A stretch of DNA of 64,000 bases from Octopus vulgaris (GCA_951406725.2 OX597823.1:103850001-103914000); one strand, 5' to 3'. Counted from the first letter of the stretch, positions 1 through 18,609 are shown. The notes: generated by a model from the letters alone, not told the origin. Translations and numbers: made by a program.

Positions 1-2882
<2,882 letters not shown>

Positions 2883-3123
2883 GACAGATGTGTTGTCACC
2901 TCGGCTCCGAAGGTAATCGTTTATTTTGACTATTTATAGCCCATATTTTGTGTACATTTTTGTAAATAAGGTGTGTAAGGCACCCAACTTTCGTTTGAGT
3001 GCTTTTCCAAGGGAGGAATTTGCCCCTAGGGGCAGTTTCACCCCTAATTATATTGTATATTTTTCATCTCGACATTTTTTAATGTCGAGAAATTTTATTG
3101 TAGAACGCTGGTCGTGTTCCTTT

Positions 3124-5050
3124 ATGGACCAGCATTTTCCTAGACTTGAAACGTTAGGAGAAAAAAAGAACTTATGCACGCACACACATTCAATAAAGAC
3201 AAACTTGAGTGACGTGATAGTGAACGCTGCAACCACTTGCGGTAACAGCCCTGTCACCACCACCACCACTAACAACAACAACAACGAGACTACAACTGCT
3301 ACCACCACCACCACCTCCACCACCACCACCACCACCACCACCGCCACCAACATAAATGATAAAAATGAAACTTACGTTAATACTATTAACAAAAACAACA
3401 ACAGCAAGAAGAACAACAACAAAAATGAAATAAATATTTTACCATCTAATAGTGAAGATGTTAATATAATAGAATCAACAGTACCCGTAAAAGCTACGTA
3501 CAAGAATATTTCGGATACAACAACAACAAAAACACACAACGACAACATAATAGTAAATTTCGCTGACGCCTTGCGTCAGAAAAAAGGAATAATTAAATTT
3601 ACGAATGAAGAGTTAATAGAAACGAGAGCACTCTTTACAACCCAAGGGCAGGATTTAGTGCTGCATACACCTCAACACATAAAGGAACAAATAGAAAATA
3701 AGACAATTATATATAAAATTATAAAAAAAAACAAAAAACAAAATGAACAGATTACAAAAACGGACATAGAAAAGTGTTTAAAAAACATAATGAAAAAAAA
3801 GAATGTATAAACTGGGGTCCCCAGTTTAATACAGTGGTGGTCCGCTTCCCTAACCAGGAAGTGGCAAAAGTTCTCTACGGAGTCTTTGCAAAATAATGAA
3901 ATCATCATGGTCCCATATTACAAAGGCCAGAGAGTGAGTAGAATTAGCATTAAAAATGTACCCCCCGAGATACCTAACAAATGGATAACAGGAGCGATCT
4001 GTTACCATTTGAAAACGATAAACATATTAGAAACCGCCGTGTACAAAAACGACAATTTGGGTGGTAAAACAATAGTAGTGACCATCCAGATTGAGGGGTC
4101 CTCTATCGAGAACCTGATAGGATCCATTTAGAAAACGGGCAAAGCCTATATGTTGTAGCAGAAGGCAAAACGCTTAGATGCTACAACCGTGGCAGCCCAG
4201 AACATTTAATTGCCAAGTGTGCTCTGGCACAGAAAAAAACAAGAAACAACAAATCAGAAAACAAATAAAAAATCCTTGTTGCCAACACCAACACCAACAC
4301 ACTCAATTATGGAATAATGCCAAGAAAAACAACAAACCAGCAAACAAACCCCAACAACATCACCAAGAAAAGAAACAGCACCAACATAATCACCGTTGAC
4401 GTCGCAGCCAATTCAACATACTAAACCAACAAAATATAGACGAACACCAACACCGGGGACGACAACTAAAAAGACAGAAAACAGTGACGAGAAGACAAAT
4501 TCTACCCCTAACACCACAACAACACAAACACCGCACAAAACAGCAACAATTTCTACAAGCATACATATTAACGCAAATGATTTGCCTTTACCCCCTTATG
4601 ATTCGTCGGACTCGTCGTCCAACGACGAAAGTTCGACGGAATGGCAAATAGCCACAGGGCGTAAAAGGAAAATACCAAAAAAGCCCACCAAACAAGTAAG
4701 TAAAGCAGAGAGATATTTAACTCCGGACAGCATCCCCCTAGACAATCAAAAAAATCAATGAACCCGCAAAACTACACACACAACTAACTGCAATAGACAC
4801 AGACAATAAAAAATTAATGGATTCCAACACGAACATCTGTGAAGATGACTTTAAAACAAATAATCATCCGCGCACCACACCACCGAAACACATAAGAATT
4901 GTACACATAACACAAACACAACACCATACACTGAAAACAATATTTCCAAATGCGGTAGGCGGGTTTCAACGATACCTCTCCAAAAAACTATACAAACACC
5001 TCGTCAAAGACACTACAAAAGAAGAAGAAAAAATGAAACTTTCGAAATGA
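3124..5050 (+). pseudogene. ORF1 (gag-like nucleic-acid-binding protein) of Tx1-like LINE, frameshifted
   Basis: Fragmented ORFs upstream of ORF2. Decayed CCHC knuckle CYN(R)GSPEHLIAKC at about 4179-4220. Thr/Asn-rich low-complexity stretches. Confidence 0.7.
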
Positions 5051-5124
5051 GTAAGTGACCTTCCCTCTTGCCTCTTGTCTCTTCCAATATAGTGTGTGAA
5101 ACACAAATGTCTTAAACTTCAATT

Positions 5125-8100
5125 ATGCTTAAATTAGGTTGTGTGAATGCGCGTGGCTTGGCGTCGGCTTGGAAGCAAGGTTACCTTCGAAACGACATCA
5201 AGTCACTGAACGTGGATATAGTAGCTATCAGTGAAACCAAACTCAGCAAGCCGCGGGCCCTCGCGTCCATGTTTGGCGATCAATTCGACATCTATTTTTC
5301 TCCCTGTCTGCCGAACATGGGTGGTGGAGGTACATCGGTGCTTTTTCGAAAGAGTCTAAATGTAAAAGTAAGAACAATATTCCTAGACCCGGAGGGTAGG
5401 CTGGTTGTCTTGGACGTGGATGGCAGAAATGGGTGTGCATTCCGTCTGATGGCAGTTTATGCACCGTCCTTAACGGGTCGGGCGGATTTCTTCAGACGTC
5501 TAGAGGTTTTACTGGGTACGTCTAGACCTTTACTGTTAGTAGGGGATTGGAACGCTACCTTGGACACGCATCTAGATTATGTGGGAATGGATAGGAATAG
5601 AAGGGGGTGTAAGTGCCTCAAAGACCTACTCCGACGTTTCCATTTGTCTGACAGGTTCCGACTCGACCATCAGAACGTGCCAACGTGGACTAGGTCAAAA
5701 AAAGGTAGGATCGTCGAGATATTATCTAGATAGAATTCTATGCAGGACAGCAGATAGGGATAGTGTAGGATGTCCACAATTTAAAATAGTCAGCTACACA
5801 GATCACAAATTTGTGACGTGTACGCTCGACTTAGATAAGACACATAGACAGGGTCCCGGCTACAGGAAACTGAACACGTCGCTTTAGCGCGACAGGTTTA
5901 CAGGAACCGGATTAGCGAGTTAATTAAGAGGGCGCTGACGGGAGCCGTCGTTAACAACCGCTGGTGGTTCGCCCTGAAAATGGCAATAAAATCGGAATCA
6001 ATTAGGTTTAGCAAGGAATTAGCGATAGATCGAAATAGAGTAGAGGGAGACCTGGTTCAGAAACTAGAAGAGGCACTTACTACTGGCAGCACAACCAACG
6101 TGCTGGCTGCGAGGATGGCTCTCGACCAACAACTCAACGCCATCACAGCCGCTGACGTGCGGGATGCGATGGCGGGCTGCGCGAGGGATAAGTCGCCTGG
6201 ATTGGATGGTTTACCCTACGAGCTGTATTGTCAAATGCCAGACTTGTTTGGCGACCTCTTGGCATCAGTCTACTGCAACTGGCAACAAAACGGGAGAATC
6301 CCCGGTTTCGTGAGCCGAGGTGCAGTGACGTTGCTGAAGAAAGACCCAAACAAGGGGAATTTTATAGATAATTTCAGGCCCATCACTCTGCTCAACGCAG
6401 ATTTGAAAATTTTGGCCAAAGTAATAGCCGAGAGGTTGGCGCTTGTCATTGGTAAACTGGTCGACAGGGCGCAAACATGCGCCGTGCCGGGCAGAACCAT
6501 ACATGACAACCTCCATCTGATGCGCTACATTGTGGACAGGGTAGTTAAGGATCCTGGCATGGGTGGGGCGTTGATCAATTTGGATCAGTCTAAAGCCTTC
6601 GATAGGGTCGACCATCGGTACTTGACGGCCGTTCAGGGCGGCTGGCTTCGGTCCCGTCTTCCGCGGTTGGATCGCTGCCTTGTATAGCGGCATCCGATCG
6701 GTGATTCGGGTGAACGGTCACCTGTCGAAACCGTTTGACATCACGCGTTCGGTCCGTCAGGAGTGTCCCCTGTCGGCGCTTCTGTATGTATTGACTCTCG
6801 AGCCGCTACTGCGGAAGCTGGCGACACTGAGGGGCATCCCACGAGAACTGGGTTGCGGGACGAGCGTGTCGGCATATGTGGACGATGTCACCGTCATAGT
6901 GTCGAGCGACAAACACATCCAGATGATAGGCGAGACACTAAGAAAATACGAAACGGTGACGGGAGCGAAGATTAACCAGGAAAGGTCAGTGGGTTTGCTA
7001 CTCGGCACCTGGAGAAGCAAGCCCATGCCGTCCGACTGCGGCTCAGTAGTGGGACGCTGAACGGACGGACCGGTTAAATTGCTCGGGGTCTGGTTCAGTC
7101 CGGACCTCCAAATGGATAAGAACTGGGACGGGATCACGAGTAGAGTGGTCGCTCTCAGCCAAACATGGGCCGAGAGAAAGCTGTCTCTAAAAGGTCGGGC
7201 GGAGGTGGCGAACGCGTACATCGCATCCGTCATCGATTACCGCCTGACCGTCGTGCCTTGTCCCGACGCCACCATCACCAAACTGGAGCGCATACTCTTC
7301 CGCTTCCTGTGGAAGGGTGGCGTTCCGATGGTGAGGAAGTCCATTTGCTGTCAACATCCGTTGAATGGAGGACTGGGCATGCCGTGGTTGATGATGCGCA
7401 GGCATGCGCTGAGACTGCGACATCTCTGGAACTTCGTCGACGACGGTGAACAGGTGTGGGCGCCGTTTGTGAGGCGCGCCTTCCTGCAGCTCGTCTCACT
7501 GACCGAACTGCAAACGTGGATCAAGAAGAGACCGAAACTGGGCGATTGGCACTGAGAGTCGCCAAGCTCTACAGCAGCTCTGCCGACCGGGGTCAAACTT
7601 GTGCAACTTACAAACGACTAAAGCGTTCTATAGAGGACTAGTGGAGGGAAGGTCCGACGACACACTCGGAGCAAACCTGGGCGTCGACGAGAAATACCTA
7701 ACCCGCCTGTTCAGGACGACGTTCGGGCCGGGGCCTATGGATAACTTCCAGAAATCCTTGGCTTGGCAATGCTATCGAGACGCACTACCTGTTCGAGAGA
7801 AGAGCTACAGGCACGGTTCGAAAACCATCACCGGACCGACCTGCCCGAGATGCAGTCAGAGCGACGAAACCGTTCTGCACGCACTCGTGCAGTGTCCAGA
7901 TATTTCAGAGCTGTGAACCTTCGTCGAACAGCTGTTGTCGCGTGTAGGACGGGCCCGCTTATCGGCCGAGTCTATCGTGAATATTGTTCGACCACCTTCC
8001 TTTAAACGGGAAGGGAAAACGGTTTTCGTTACGCTGATGGCTATGGCGAAAGAATGTGTGTGGTGGACGCGTTTGAAAGGACTGCAAACAAACACCTACC

Positions 8101-8261
8101 TCTCTGGTCAGTCTCTCGTCAACTTTTTCAAGTACCACTTGAAAAGGAGGATAAGAATAGAGAGGAAGGCTTTGTCGAACGAATGTTTTAATAAAAAGTG
8201 GGTAAAAGTGGCAAAAATGGTCAGTATGAAAGACGACTTTATTTTAAGCGTAAATCTGTAA
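5125..8261 (+). pseudogene. ORF2 (APE endonuclease, RT, zinc finger) of Tx1-like LINE, with stops, frameshifts and an internal deletion
   Basis: Collinear ORF pieces 5125-5733, 5980-6687, 6680-7060, 7079-7555, 7599-7916 and 7935-8261, homologous to copy 1. Confidence 0.9.
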
Positions 8262-8540
8262 CCAAAAGAGACAACGAGAGGTAAGGTGACTTACTGATGT
8301 GTTCATTTTCGAACTCTCTGAGGTGACCTTAGTCTTTTTTGTAGGTTTTTCTTTCCAAGGCTACACCTAAACTGTGAACTTTATATATATATTGCTTTTT
8401 TACACACCATACAACCCACAGATCCCTATTGATCAAACGTTTTTTTTTGTGTGCCCCACCCATCCCACCCATCCCACATTCTACATTGTATTTCGTCCAT
8501 TTTTATTCTGTGTTTAGCCCTGTGTGGCTACAATAAAAAG

Positions 8541-8541
<1 letters not shown>

Positions 8542-8591
<50 letters not shown>

Positions 8592-8605
8592 CCTATCTAT
8601 CATCT
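8542..8605 (+). repeat. (TATC)n microsatellite at the 3' end of LINE copy 2
   Basis: Direct reading of the sequence. Confidence 0.95.
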
Positions 8606-9226
8606 ATATACATTCATACATTTCTATGTACAGTGCAAATTTATGCATGCGCATATTTATCAGTATATGGATGGTTATATTTGAACGTGTGTGTTTCTAT
8701 GTAACACACTTGTTAAAAGAAAACATTAGCGAGATTACTAAATCTAAATATTATCTGAAGGATAAATGTTGAATATTTTGTTTTCGTGCGTAACTGGTTG
8801 CTATGTATTCAAGACCGAGTCAATGGCATATATAATGTATATCTGTTTATATTTCCACATGACTTCAAATTATTTTTGATTTATCGTTATTGTAAAACAG
8901 CGTAGTTCGCTTGTTTCTAGCGGTGAAATTTAGTAGAAAACCAGAGAAAATGGAATAATATCTTATTGCTTCATGCTTGCGTATGACAGCAAAGGCAGTC
9001 ATACTTGCTCAGAGTCGTAATGTGGAGATCTGGGTATGCGCTCGGCTACAAAATGTTGTTCTTGTTACTGGGATTACTCTTTTACTCTTTTACTTTTTTC
9101 AGTCATTTGACGGTGGCCATGCTGGAGCACTGCCTTTAGTCGAGCAAGTCGACCCCAGGACTTATTCTTATTATTATTCTAATCTGCTTACGTTTTGTGA
9201 CGTATGTACATATATTTATGTATATA

Positions 9227-9280
<54 letters not shown>

Positions 9281-9285
<5 letters not shown>

Positions 9286-10179
9286 GTGAAGTTGTGTGAG
9301 TGTCTGTCTCCTACGATTTAGATTCCTAACTACTCCCATATTTTGCGGTGCAGTTTAACCAAATTCGGGTATCTTATAGTCGTGATTCATATCGAGCCGG
9401 TCTGGCTATTAGCGCGCGTCTACGATGAGTCTACGATTTTAAAAATAATTTACCATAATTTTTTCCATTTTAACGCATATTTTTTCGTGTGTTGATGGCG
9501 GCGGAGTTGGCGTCCATCCTCACACCTGCACCTGTGTTGCTTCTCCCCCTTCTTCCTTCCCTCGTGAAGCTGTGGGGAAGGGAGTGTAAGGAAATCAACG
9601 TCGTAAAGCGTTGTCAAGGAGACCAGCGTTCTTTTAGAACAACGACTTCATGGCTTGAAGTCGCCAAAACAGAAATCGCTAAAAAAGCTGAAACAGATCC
9701 ACAAAAACGGCAAAAACCGCCACACATGGCAGGTTTCCTGTGCAAACAATTTGCACAACCGAATGTTTTAGTTGTTGCACAAATCTTTATATATAAAAGT
9801 GAAGTTGTGTGTCTGTCTCCTACGATTTAGATTCCTACCTACTCCCACATTTTGTGGTGCAGTTTAGCCAAAACCGGGTATCTTATAGTCGTGATTCATA
9901 TCGAGCCCTTCTGGGTATTAGCGCGCGTCTACGATGAGTCTACGATTTAAAAAATAATTTACCATCTTTTTTTTCCATTTTAATGCATTTTTTTACTATT
10001 ATATAAGGGAAGTAACTCTCTAAAAATGTCTACGATGAGTCAACGATTTAAAAAAAATTTACTATAATTTTTTTTCCATTTTTAATGCATTTTTTTGCTA
10101 TTTTTTGGCTATAACTCTCTAAAAATGCTTTATAGTTATTTCCCTTACAAACCCGAGCAACGCCGGGCGATACTTCTAG
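9281..10179 (+). mobile_element. Non-autonomous Helitron-like element, composite with two 5' modules
   Basis: 3' hairpin cccgagcaacgccggg then CTAG|T at 10176-10180. Internal second start A|TCTTTATATATAAAAGTG at 9784. Homologous to 17940-18575. Confidence 0.75.
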
Positions 10180-10507
10180 TATATATATATTAATATTATT
10201 ATATAATTGAACGCCACGCACCCATTCCCAAGCAAGTTTATATATATATATATAATGGAGATTCCTCCATTTTCTACTTAATTTAAAATTGATTACAGAT
10301 AAACTTTTGTTTATTTTTGCTATTGCCTGTAGCCTATGAGCAAAATATGCAAATATGCTTGTATATGTATGCCCAGGGTTAACATGGGTAATTCATACCT
10401 GTAGTAAGACGGATATTCTTATCCCTTGGATAGTTATTCCAACCGCTAACACTACTGACCTTATATATACATATATACATATATATATCTATATATATAT
10501 ATATCTC

Positions 10508-10546
<39 letters not shown>

Positions 10547-11014
10547 TTGTGTGTGTTTGTGTGTTCTACATTCCTGAGGTGATATTTTTTTAAGGGAAAT
10601 CATGCGCAAATTTTAACATGAAAGAAAGAAAACTGTATTAAGAGTAATTAATCAAAATGAAATAATTAATAGAAGCAGCTTGGTTGATGATTATGTGAAA
10701 AGAAGCTTTGTTACATTGTAAAGATCTAAACGATTCAATGGATAGTTTTGATAGTTTGCACAGAAGCCTGTTGGCGCCTTTGTTGTTGGTTAGTCATGTG
10801 CGTGAGCAACTAGTTGGTCTTTAAGAGATACAGAGGACAAAAGTTGGCTGACAACAGAACAGAGTAAAAGCAGAAGATACATATCATCTGTAAATAACTG
10901 GGTCCATGTGTGAGTATGTCTGTGTACATACATAGTGTGCATTTGTATGTGCGTGCCAGTATATATATATATATACTGTTTTATGTTTGTCCGTTTTAAT
11001 TAAAAAATTCTATA

Positions 11015-11102
11015 TGTGGCTGAAGATTGCTTGACATTTTAAAACTGATGTAATACTTACAGTGTTTAATAAAATGAAGTAGCATGAAACAATTGTACTA
11101 CA
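11015..11102 (+). ncRNA. Type I hammerhead ribozyme motif, family A
   Basis: Stem I tgtgg/ctaca, CUGAAGA, long stem II (tgct..catttt/aaaatg..agca), GAAAC-AAUU-GUA. Predicted cut after 11097. Confidence 0.75.
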
Positions 11103-11444
11103 CTTCCTTGGATATCCTTGTTGCTTATTTTGATCATATATATATTATGGTACAAAAGGTACCAGCTATGCTCTCCAACGCCATATATTTCATTGTAAGT
11201 AGACTTGCACGGTTATTGAGTGAATATGATAAAAATAGCCCTTATCCTTTCAAAACTACAAAGAAAAGTACAAACATCTCAGTATGAATTGATTTTACCT
11301 TTTGCGCTAACCAGCACTGAGGATCATCAGCTGAGCTTACTGTATACAACTATTTTTCAAAATATATTCACTACACCGCGCGCGTCGTTTTACTTGACTG
11401 GTTTCGCGACATTTAAAAACGAACAATAGTGGGTAAGTTAAAAA

Positions 11445-11717
11445 TTTGAATGAGATATTATTATTAAAAACAATAATAACAATAAAGTGGCCAGCAAGCT
11501 TAAGCAAAATAGGTAAAATATACATAAAAATTAGGGTACAAAATGTACCATCTATGCTAGAAAAAAGTGTCAACTCTCTAAAAAGTTTGGAGATTGACTC
11601 TTCTTTCTAGCAGAGCTGGTATATTTTCTACCCTAATTTTTATGTACATTTTACCTAGTTTTGCTGGTCACTTTATTGTTGTTATTGGTTTTAATAATAA
11701 TGGTATCCTATTTAAAT
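11445..11717. repeat. Imperfect foldback, about 130-bp arms (MITE-like or inverted PLE remnant)
   Basis: taggtaaaatatacataaaaattagggtacaaaat is mirrored by attttctaccctaatttttatgtacattttaccta. Confidence 0.75.
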
Positions 11718-12033
11718 ATATATATATATATATATACACACACACCACACATACACATAAACATACACACGCACACACATAAACACGCGCGCACACGCGC
11801 ACATACACATACATACGCGAATATACAAAACGTGGTTCATACGCACATGCATATACATACGCGGAAAACGTATATACAAATGAGTTATATATGTATATAC
11901 ACAAATACAGCCCCCTGTCTGACAAAAACATCTACACCTGCAGACATATAACGTATATACATACATAAATGTGTGTGTATGAAGGAAGGAGACAAGTACA
12001 AAAGGTAGAGTCTTGCACTCCTATATATTATTA

Positions 12034-12067
<34 letters not shown>

Positions 12068-12088
12068 CACGTGATATATATTTTTTTT

Positions 12089-13425
<1,337 letters not shown>

Positions 13426-13451
13426 TAAGCAACAAGTATATCCGAGGTAAT

Positions 13452-13537
13452 GTGGTACAATCGTTTCATGCTACTTCATTTTATTAAACACTGTAAGTAT
13501 TGCATCAGTTTTAAAATGTCGAGCAATCTTCAGCCAC
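13452..13537 (-). ncRNA. Type I hammerhead ribozyme motif, family A
   Basis: Minus strand: gtgg CUGAAGA ttgct...agcat GAAAC-GAUU-GUA ccac. Host element about 13419-13596, flanked by (TA)n. Confidence 0.78.
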
Positions 13538-13592
13538 TTATAGAATTTTCCAATCAAACGGACAATGCACATTCTTATCTCTATTTCGTTTG

Positions 13593-13650
<58 letters not shown>

Positions 13651-13789
13651 TGTGTGTGTGTATGTATGTATCCGTTACATGCGACTAAAGCAGTATTAGA
13701 TTAAAATTGCCATCTGTGTATCATACTTAATGTAAATTCATCGTGAAAGCAAAGTAACCGCACTATTCGTCCTGAGCTCTCTCTTATAG

Positions 13790-14340
13790 ACATGCTTTGT
13801 TTAAAATCACTATATATAGAGAAAGCAAACGAAAATTGTCCCAGCTATTGCTGGTGAGAATGCTGACTACATTTCTTCTTCGTTGGGTATTATCAAATAG
13901 CATGAACTCACAGCCAACACCCAACTGCAAACCGAGACAAAATTGTAGGAAAATAGTGAATAAATAATCACCGGTGTTGCGAAAATATATATGCATGTGT
14001 GTGACACAATGCGGCACTCGAAGGCCGTCGGGTGGATCTTATGTCTCTTCCTCCATCCCTCTGTTTAACATAGATCCTGTCAGTGTCTGTGTTGGTGTGG
14101 ATGTCCCTAGTCTTGATGTCCAAGCTGCAGATTTCTTCAAGAGTCCGGTCGGATTTTCTAAATGTTGGTACCAGAACTAGTGTTTGGAAAGCACTTTGGG
14201 ATAAAGTTTTGATGAACGCAAACAGCTTTGACTTCCACATCTGAAACCTATTGAAGTATTCTTTTGTCACTTTAGCTTTATTCACAGCCCCAAAATATGC
14301 AATATTCTCGACGATTCCAGGGCATTAGTGACATTTGTCA
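13790..14340 (-). mobile_element. Decayed R4/Dong-like (RLE-type) LINE fragment, RT C-terminal/thumb region
   Basis: Translation KEYFNR..WKSKL..IK..LDIKTR..DTDRIYVKQRDGGR matches the LDxKTRK..HP..DRLY..GGRGL signature. May extend to about 15230. Confidence 0.6.
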
Positions 14341-16029
14341 CTGGTGATAGGGGAGATAGAGGAGGCCATCGATATTTATATCCCTTGTCTGGTTGGCTAT
14401 CTTTCCTTGTTTGTCTACCAAATATGAACACGTATCCTGAACAAACCGCATTTCTATGTTCCGGAAGGATATTGATACCAATTCTAACTGCTAATACAGT
14501 TTAAAATTTTCAATAAAACCTGTATTAGTGAAGTTCATCTTTCTTTCCTCTGCAGCTTCTATCATGTAGCCTTTGTATTTTTTTAACAGGGTTGAAAATT
14601 AGTTCACTGCTACTTCGAAGTATATTCGCTGATAGCCTGCTAGCTTTAGTTCTCAACGTTTGCTCTGTGAACTACCTTGCTATCAGCCTCTTAACGTCCT
14701 TGACTTTTACAGTTGAAACTGAGCAACGCAAAGTGACTCCATAATCCACGAATGGGGAACAGTGTGAACTGCCTTTTCATAGTCTCGTCAGCCGGCAGTG
14801 CTGCTTCGCTTCCGTAAAGACAGCGTTTTTCCTGATGCTTTGTTCGGCACTGCCCCGGGTTCTTTTCGATCCTCCTGCTCTTTCTTCATTACCTTATAAG
14901 TTTCACAGTGATCCTAGATAAAATATTTAGGCAACCTTTGTATAATTTATATATCACATTCATGTATGCTGTGGGCCTGTATATTTTGGTCGCATGCGTT
15001 TCCTGACGTGCAACTGTCAACCAATCTGACATCTCAATCAGTCGTTCTTTTGAACAGGTTAATGAAGGCTGCCCTATAGAATGTAAGCTTTCTAAGCCAA
15101 AAACCAATTTCTATGCCAGTATCAGATCCCTTCCAAGTAACTTCCCATTCGGAAGATTTGCAACTGTTCATATAAATTTCGTGAGTAAATTTTGCACAGT
15201 ATTCACTCCGTAGCTCATCTAACTGCTTTCCATGTTTCTTACTTTTTTACATTCCAGATCCCTCCTCATAATGATTCTAAATCATCGAGCTGATGGTGGT
15301 GGGTGAGTCTTCCACAATTTTCGTGATTTACTTTCATACTGGGATACATCAATTATGGATTTATCTTAACTTTAAGATTGATCGTTTTTCCTTCGCGAAG
15401 GATTTTTTAATAATGATATTCATTTACCGCCCACGTTTCGTATTTTAGGGCAATTAATTTATCCGTTTGTATTTTTTGTCGACAGTCCCCATAGACTTTA
15501 GATAATCTATCATAAACTCGCAGATCATAATTGATGAATTAATAACTTTGCACTTAAATGGTAGTGTTTAACTGTCCAATGTTTTCCTAAAGTTTTTCGC
15601 TACATGGGACCGTGTTACATTTCTTCCAGCCAATTGAAATTATTGAAATTTTCAGATTATTTTCCCCAAAATGTATTCCTTGCATGCTGATAAAGAAAGC
15701 GGCATTCATTTCTTTTTCTTTTTCTTTTTTTTTCTAGAAATGAATAATGAAGTTATGCATTTTTAGTCAATCGGTAACTTCCATTTGGCCTATATCGTCT
15801 GTGCTGATCTACATTGTCATGAAGATTAACACAGATAAACTTCTACATGTTCTCTCGATCTGCTGGAAACAGCAGCCAAATTTTTTTAAAACTATACCTT
15901 AATGTCCAAAGGGCAAAAAAGATTAAACATTGGGACAAAGTACTACCTATTTCCTCTTTTGTGGCAGGCGCATGTGCAGCATTCTACTTGTTGAATGTTA
16001 TTAATATCGTCTAAATTAAAGTCAGTCCT

Positions 16030-17619
16030 CATATATATTGTAGTATGGAAGGCTTATCTGGTATTCCTTGAAGAAATTTGTCCAGACTCCGTTTAAAGAT
16101 GATGGGTTCCTTTTCCTCTTTGATCAGTTTTGGGACAATGTTAAACAAAGCAGGAAAAAAATTGTGTCGTAGTTTACCTATATGTTGTGATACTGAATTG
16201 GGCAGGGGACCTATATTCTCTGGACACCTTGTTCTCTGGACCGGAAGGTTCTTAAGATCCAGGAGCTCATCCTACGAGCTATATCGACCTTATTGTTGAT
16301 GTGGGCACTCCAACTGAGATTGTTATCAACAATTACACCTAGGTCTCTGATATTATTAGATGCTGTGAGCGGTTCCCCTGAAGGAAGAGAGTATGGCTGT
16401 TTTAGTATAGTCTTTCTTCCAAAATGCATCAGCTCAAATTTTCCCTCGTTTAGTTGCATTTTGTTTTTGTCTGCCCATTGAATCACAGCATATAGATCAG
16501 ACTGGAGTTGAGTTCGGTCTTCATTGATGATTTGCTGGGGCTTAGTGTCATCAGCAAATATTTTAACTTTGCAGTGATTTACGACGCTGGAAAGGTCATT
16601 TATGTAAATTACAAAGAGGAACGGGCCCAAGACAGGCCCCTGAGGGACATCACTGGTAACTTTTGCTGGGCTTAAGTGGACTCCATCAACCACAACATGT
16701 TGTGTTCTATTCGCCAGAAAATACTTAATCCAGCGTAGAAATTTTCCACGGATTCCATTTGCCAATTTTGAGAGTAAGATATTATGGTCAACTCTGTCGA
16801 ACGCTTTACTTAAGTCAAGATATATAACATAAGAGTTGGAATCTGTTCCCAAGGCTTTAAGTATATCTTCAATGTGGTGTAAGAGCTGTGTTAGACTGTC
16901 TCTGCCACAGCGAAAGCCATGCTGATTTGCATTTAGGAGTTTGTGGATCTCCAAGGAAGCCAGCTGTCCTTGATTTTACCACTCTTTCAAACACTTTAAT
17001 GTGGGAGGTGAGTGAGATTGGGCGATAGTTGACTGCGAGGGATCTGTTTCCCTGTTTGAAAACCTGGGTTAGGAGCTGTTTCGGTATATAAGCTGAGTCT
17101 AAAGAATTTCTCCTGAGGTTGCTCAGAGGGACTGCACGCTGGTGTCTACATTCCTTCAAGAGACCAGTGGGGAATCTATCAGGGCCTACAGCAGAATAGT
17201 ATTTGACCTCATTTATTCCTGCTATGCTGTCAGAGGCAGTGAAAGTTATGTGCGAGATTTTATGATGGGAATCACCTTCGTTCGCTTCTCTTACGTCAAT
17301 ATTAGTGGGATCACTGAAGACAGAAGTATCGTTTCTGCAGTATTTCTGCCATTTCTTTAGCATCGTGTTGGGGAATGTCGTTAACATCGTTGAATGGCCC
17401 AATGGGTGAGACAGCGGTTCTATGCTTATTTGCATAAGAATAGAACACTTTTGGGTTTTGTTGATGTTCCTCCGCAGCTCTTTGATTTTCAATGGAGGTT
17501 TTCTGTCGGTCTGCAGATGAAGTTTTTCCAACACCAGCCTTTTCATTGTTGTTGAATGTGGATGTTATATGAGGGAGTATTTTAATTGGTTGATTTTTTT
17601 ACTGAGTCTTTTGATGCGC

Positions 17620-17625
<6 letters not shown>
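16030..17625 (-). mobile_element. CR1/L2-group LINE fragment (RT), decayed
   Basis: GPD, NYRPISLTS, QHGFR, YLDLSKAFDRV, PQGPVLGP, FADD, RDLGV motifs. Related to 25770-29060. Confidence 0.9.
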
Positions 17626-17667
<42 letters not shown>

Positions 17668-17813
17668 TAGACAATGAGTTATCTTATTACGGATAATTCG
17701 AAAGATAACCGATACCTGGGTAGCAAACTCACAACAGAAAAGGCACGGTTGAAGTTACGACCATAGGGCATAAAATCCGTGTCTTAGTGCGGAAATTTGA
17801 AGTTTTATATATT

Positions 17814-17927
17814 AAGTATAGGAAATAATGGAGCTGAACGAAGATTTAACAAAATTCCTTTATTTTATTTTCGACATATAAAGGAACTTTGTTAAATCTT
17901 CGTTCAGCTCCATTTTTTCCTATACTT
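17814..17927. repeat. Near-perfect 50-bp inverted repeat within a short TA-flanked element
   Basis: aagtataggaaataatggagctgaacgaagatttaacaaaattcctttat mirrored at 17878-17927. Confidence 0.85.
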
Positions 17928-17939
17928 TATATATATATA

Positions 17940-18575
17940 CTAGCAGTATATCCCGGCGTTGCTCGGGTTTGTAAGGGAAATAACTATATAAGCATTTTTA
18001 GAAAGTTATAGCAAAAAAATAGCAAAAAATGCATTAAAAATGGAAAAAATATGATGGTAAATTTTTTTAAAAATCGTTGACTCATCGTAGACATTTTTAG
18101 AGAGTTACTTCCCTTATATAATAGCGAAAAAATGCATTAAAATGGAAAAAAACGATGGTAAATTTTTTTTTAAATCGTAGACTCATGTAGACGCTTTCTT
18201 AGCCATTTCTGTTTTGGTGTCTTCAAGCCATGAAGTCGTTGTTCTAAAAGAACACTGGTCTCCTTGACAACGCATTACGACGTTGATTTCCTTACACTCC
18301 CTTCCCCACAGGTGCAGGTGTGAGCGTGGACGCCAACTCCGCCGCCATCGACACACGAAAAATTATGCATTAAAATGGAATAAAAAATGATGTTAAATTA
18401 TTTTTAAAATCGTAGACTCATCGTAGACGCGCGCTAATATTCAGACGGGCTCGATATGAATCACGACTATAAGCTACCCGAATTTGGTTAAACTGCACCG
18501 CAAAATGTGGGAGTAGTTAGGAATCTAAATCGAAGGGGACAGACACTCACACAACTACAGTTTTATATATATAGA
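17940..18575 (-). mobile_element. Non-autonomous Helitron-like element
   Basis: Minus strand: A|TCTATATATATAAAAC 5' end, hairpin cccgagcaacgccggg, CTAG|T 3' end. Same family as 9281-10179. Confidence 0.8.
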
Positions 18576-18609
18576 TATACATAGCGCAGTAGTGGTGAGA
18601 TATGACAGC

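Larger units (their letters stand above)
2883..8541 (+). mobile_element. Tx1/L1-clade LINE copy 2, near full length but disrupted (5' UTR, ORF1, ORF2, 3' UTR)
   Basis: A-rich ORF1 pieces at about 3120-5050. APE endonuclease from 5125 (NARG, SETK, DPEGR, VYAP, GDWN, LDRI, TDH). RT and zinc finger to 8261. AATAAA at 8532 then (TATC)n. Confidence 0.93.
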
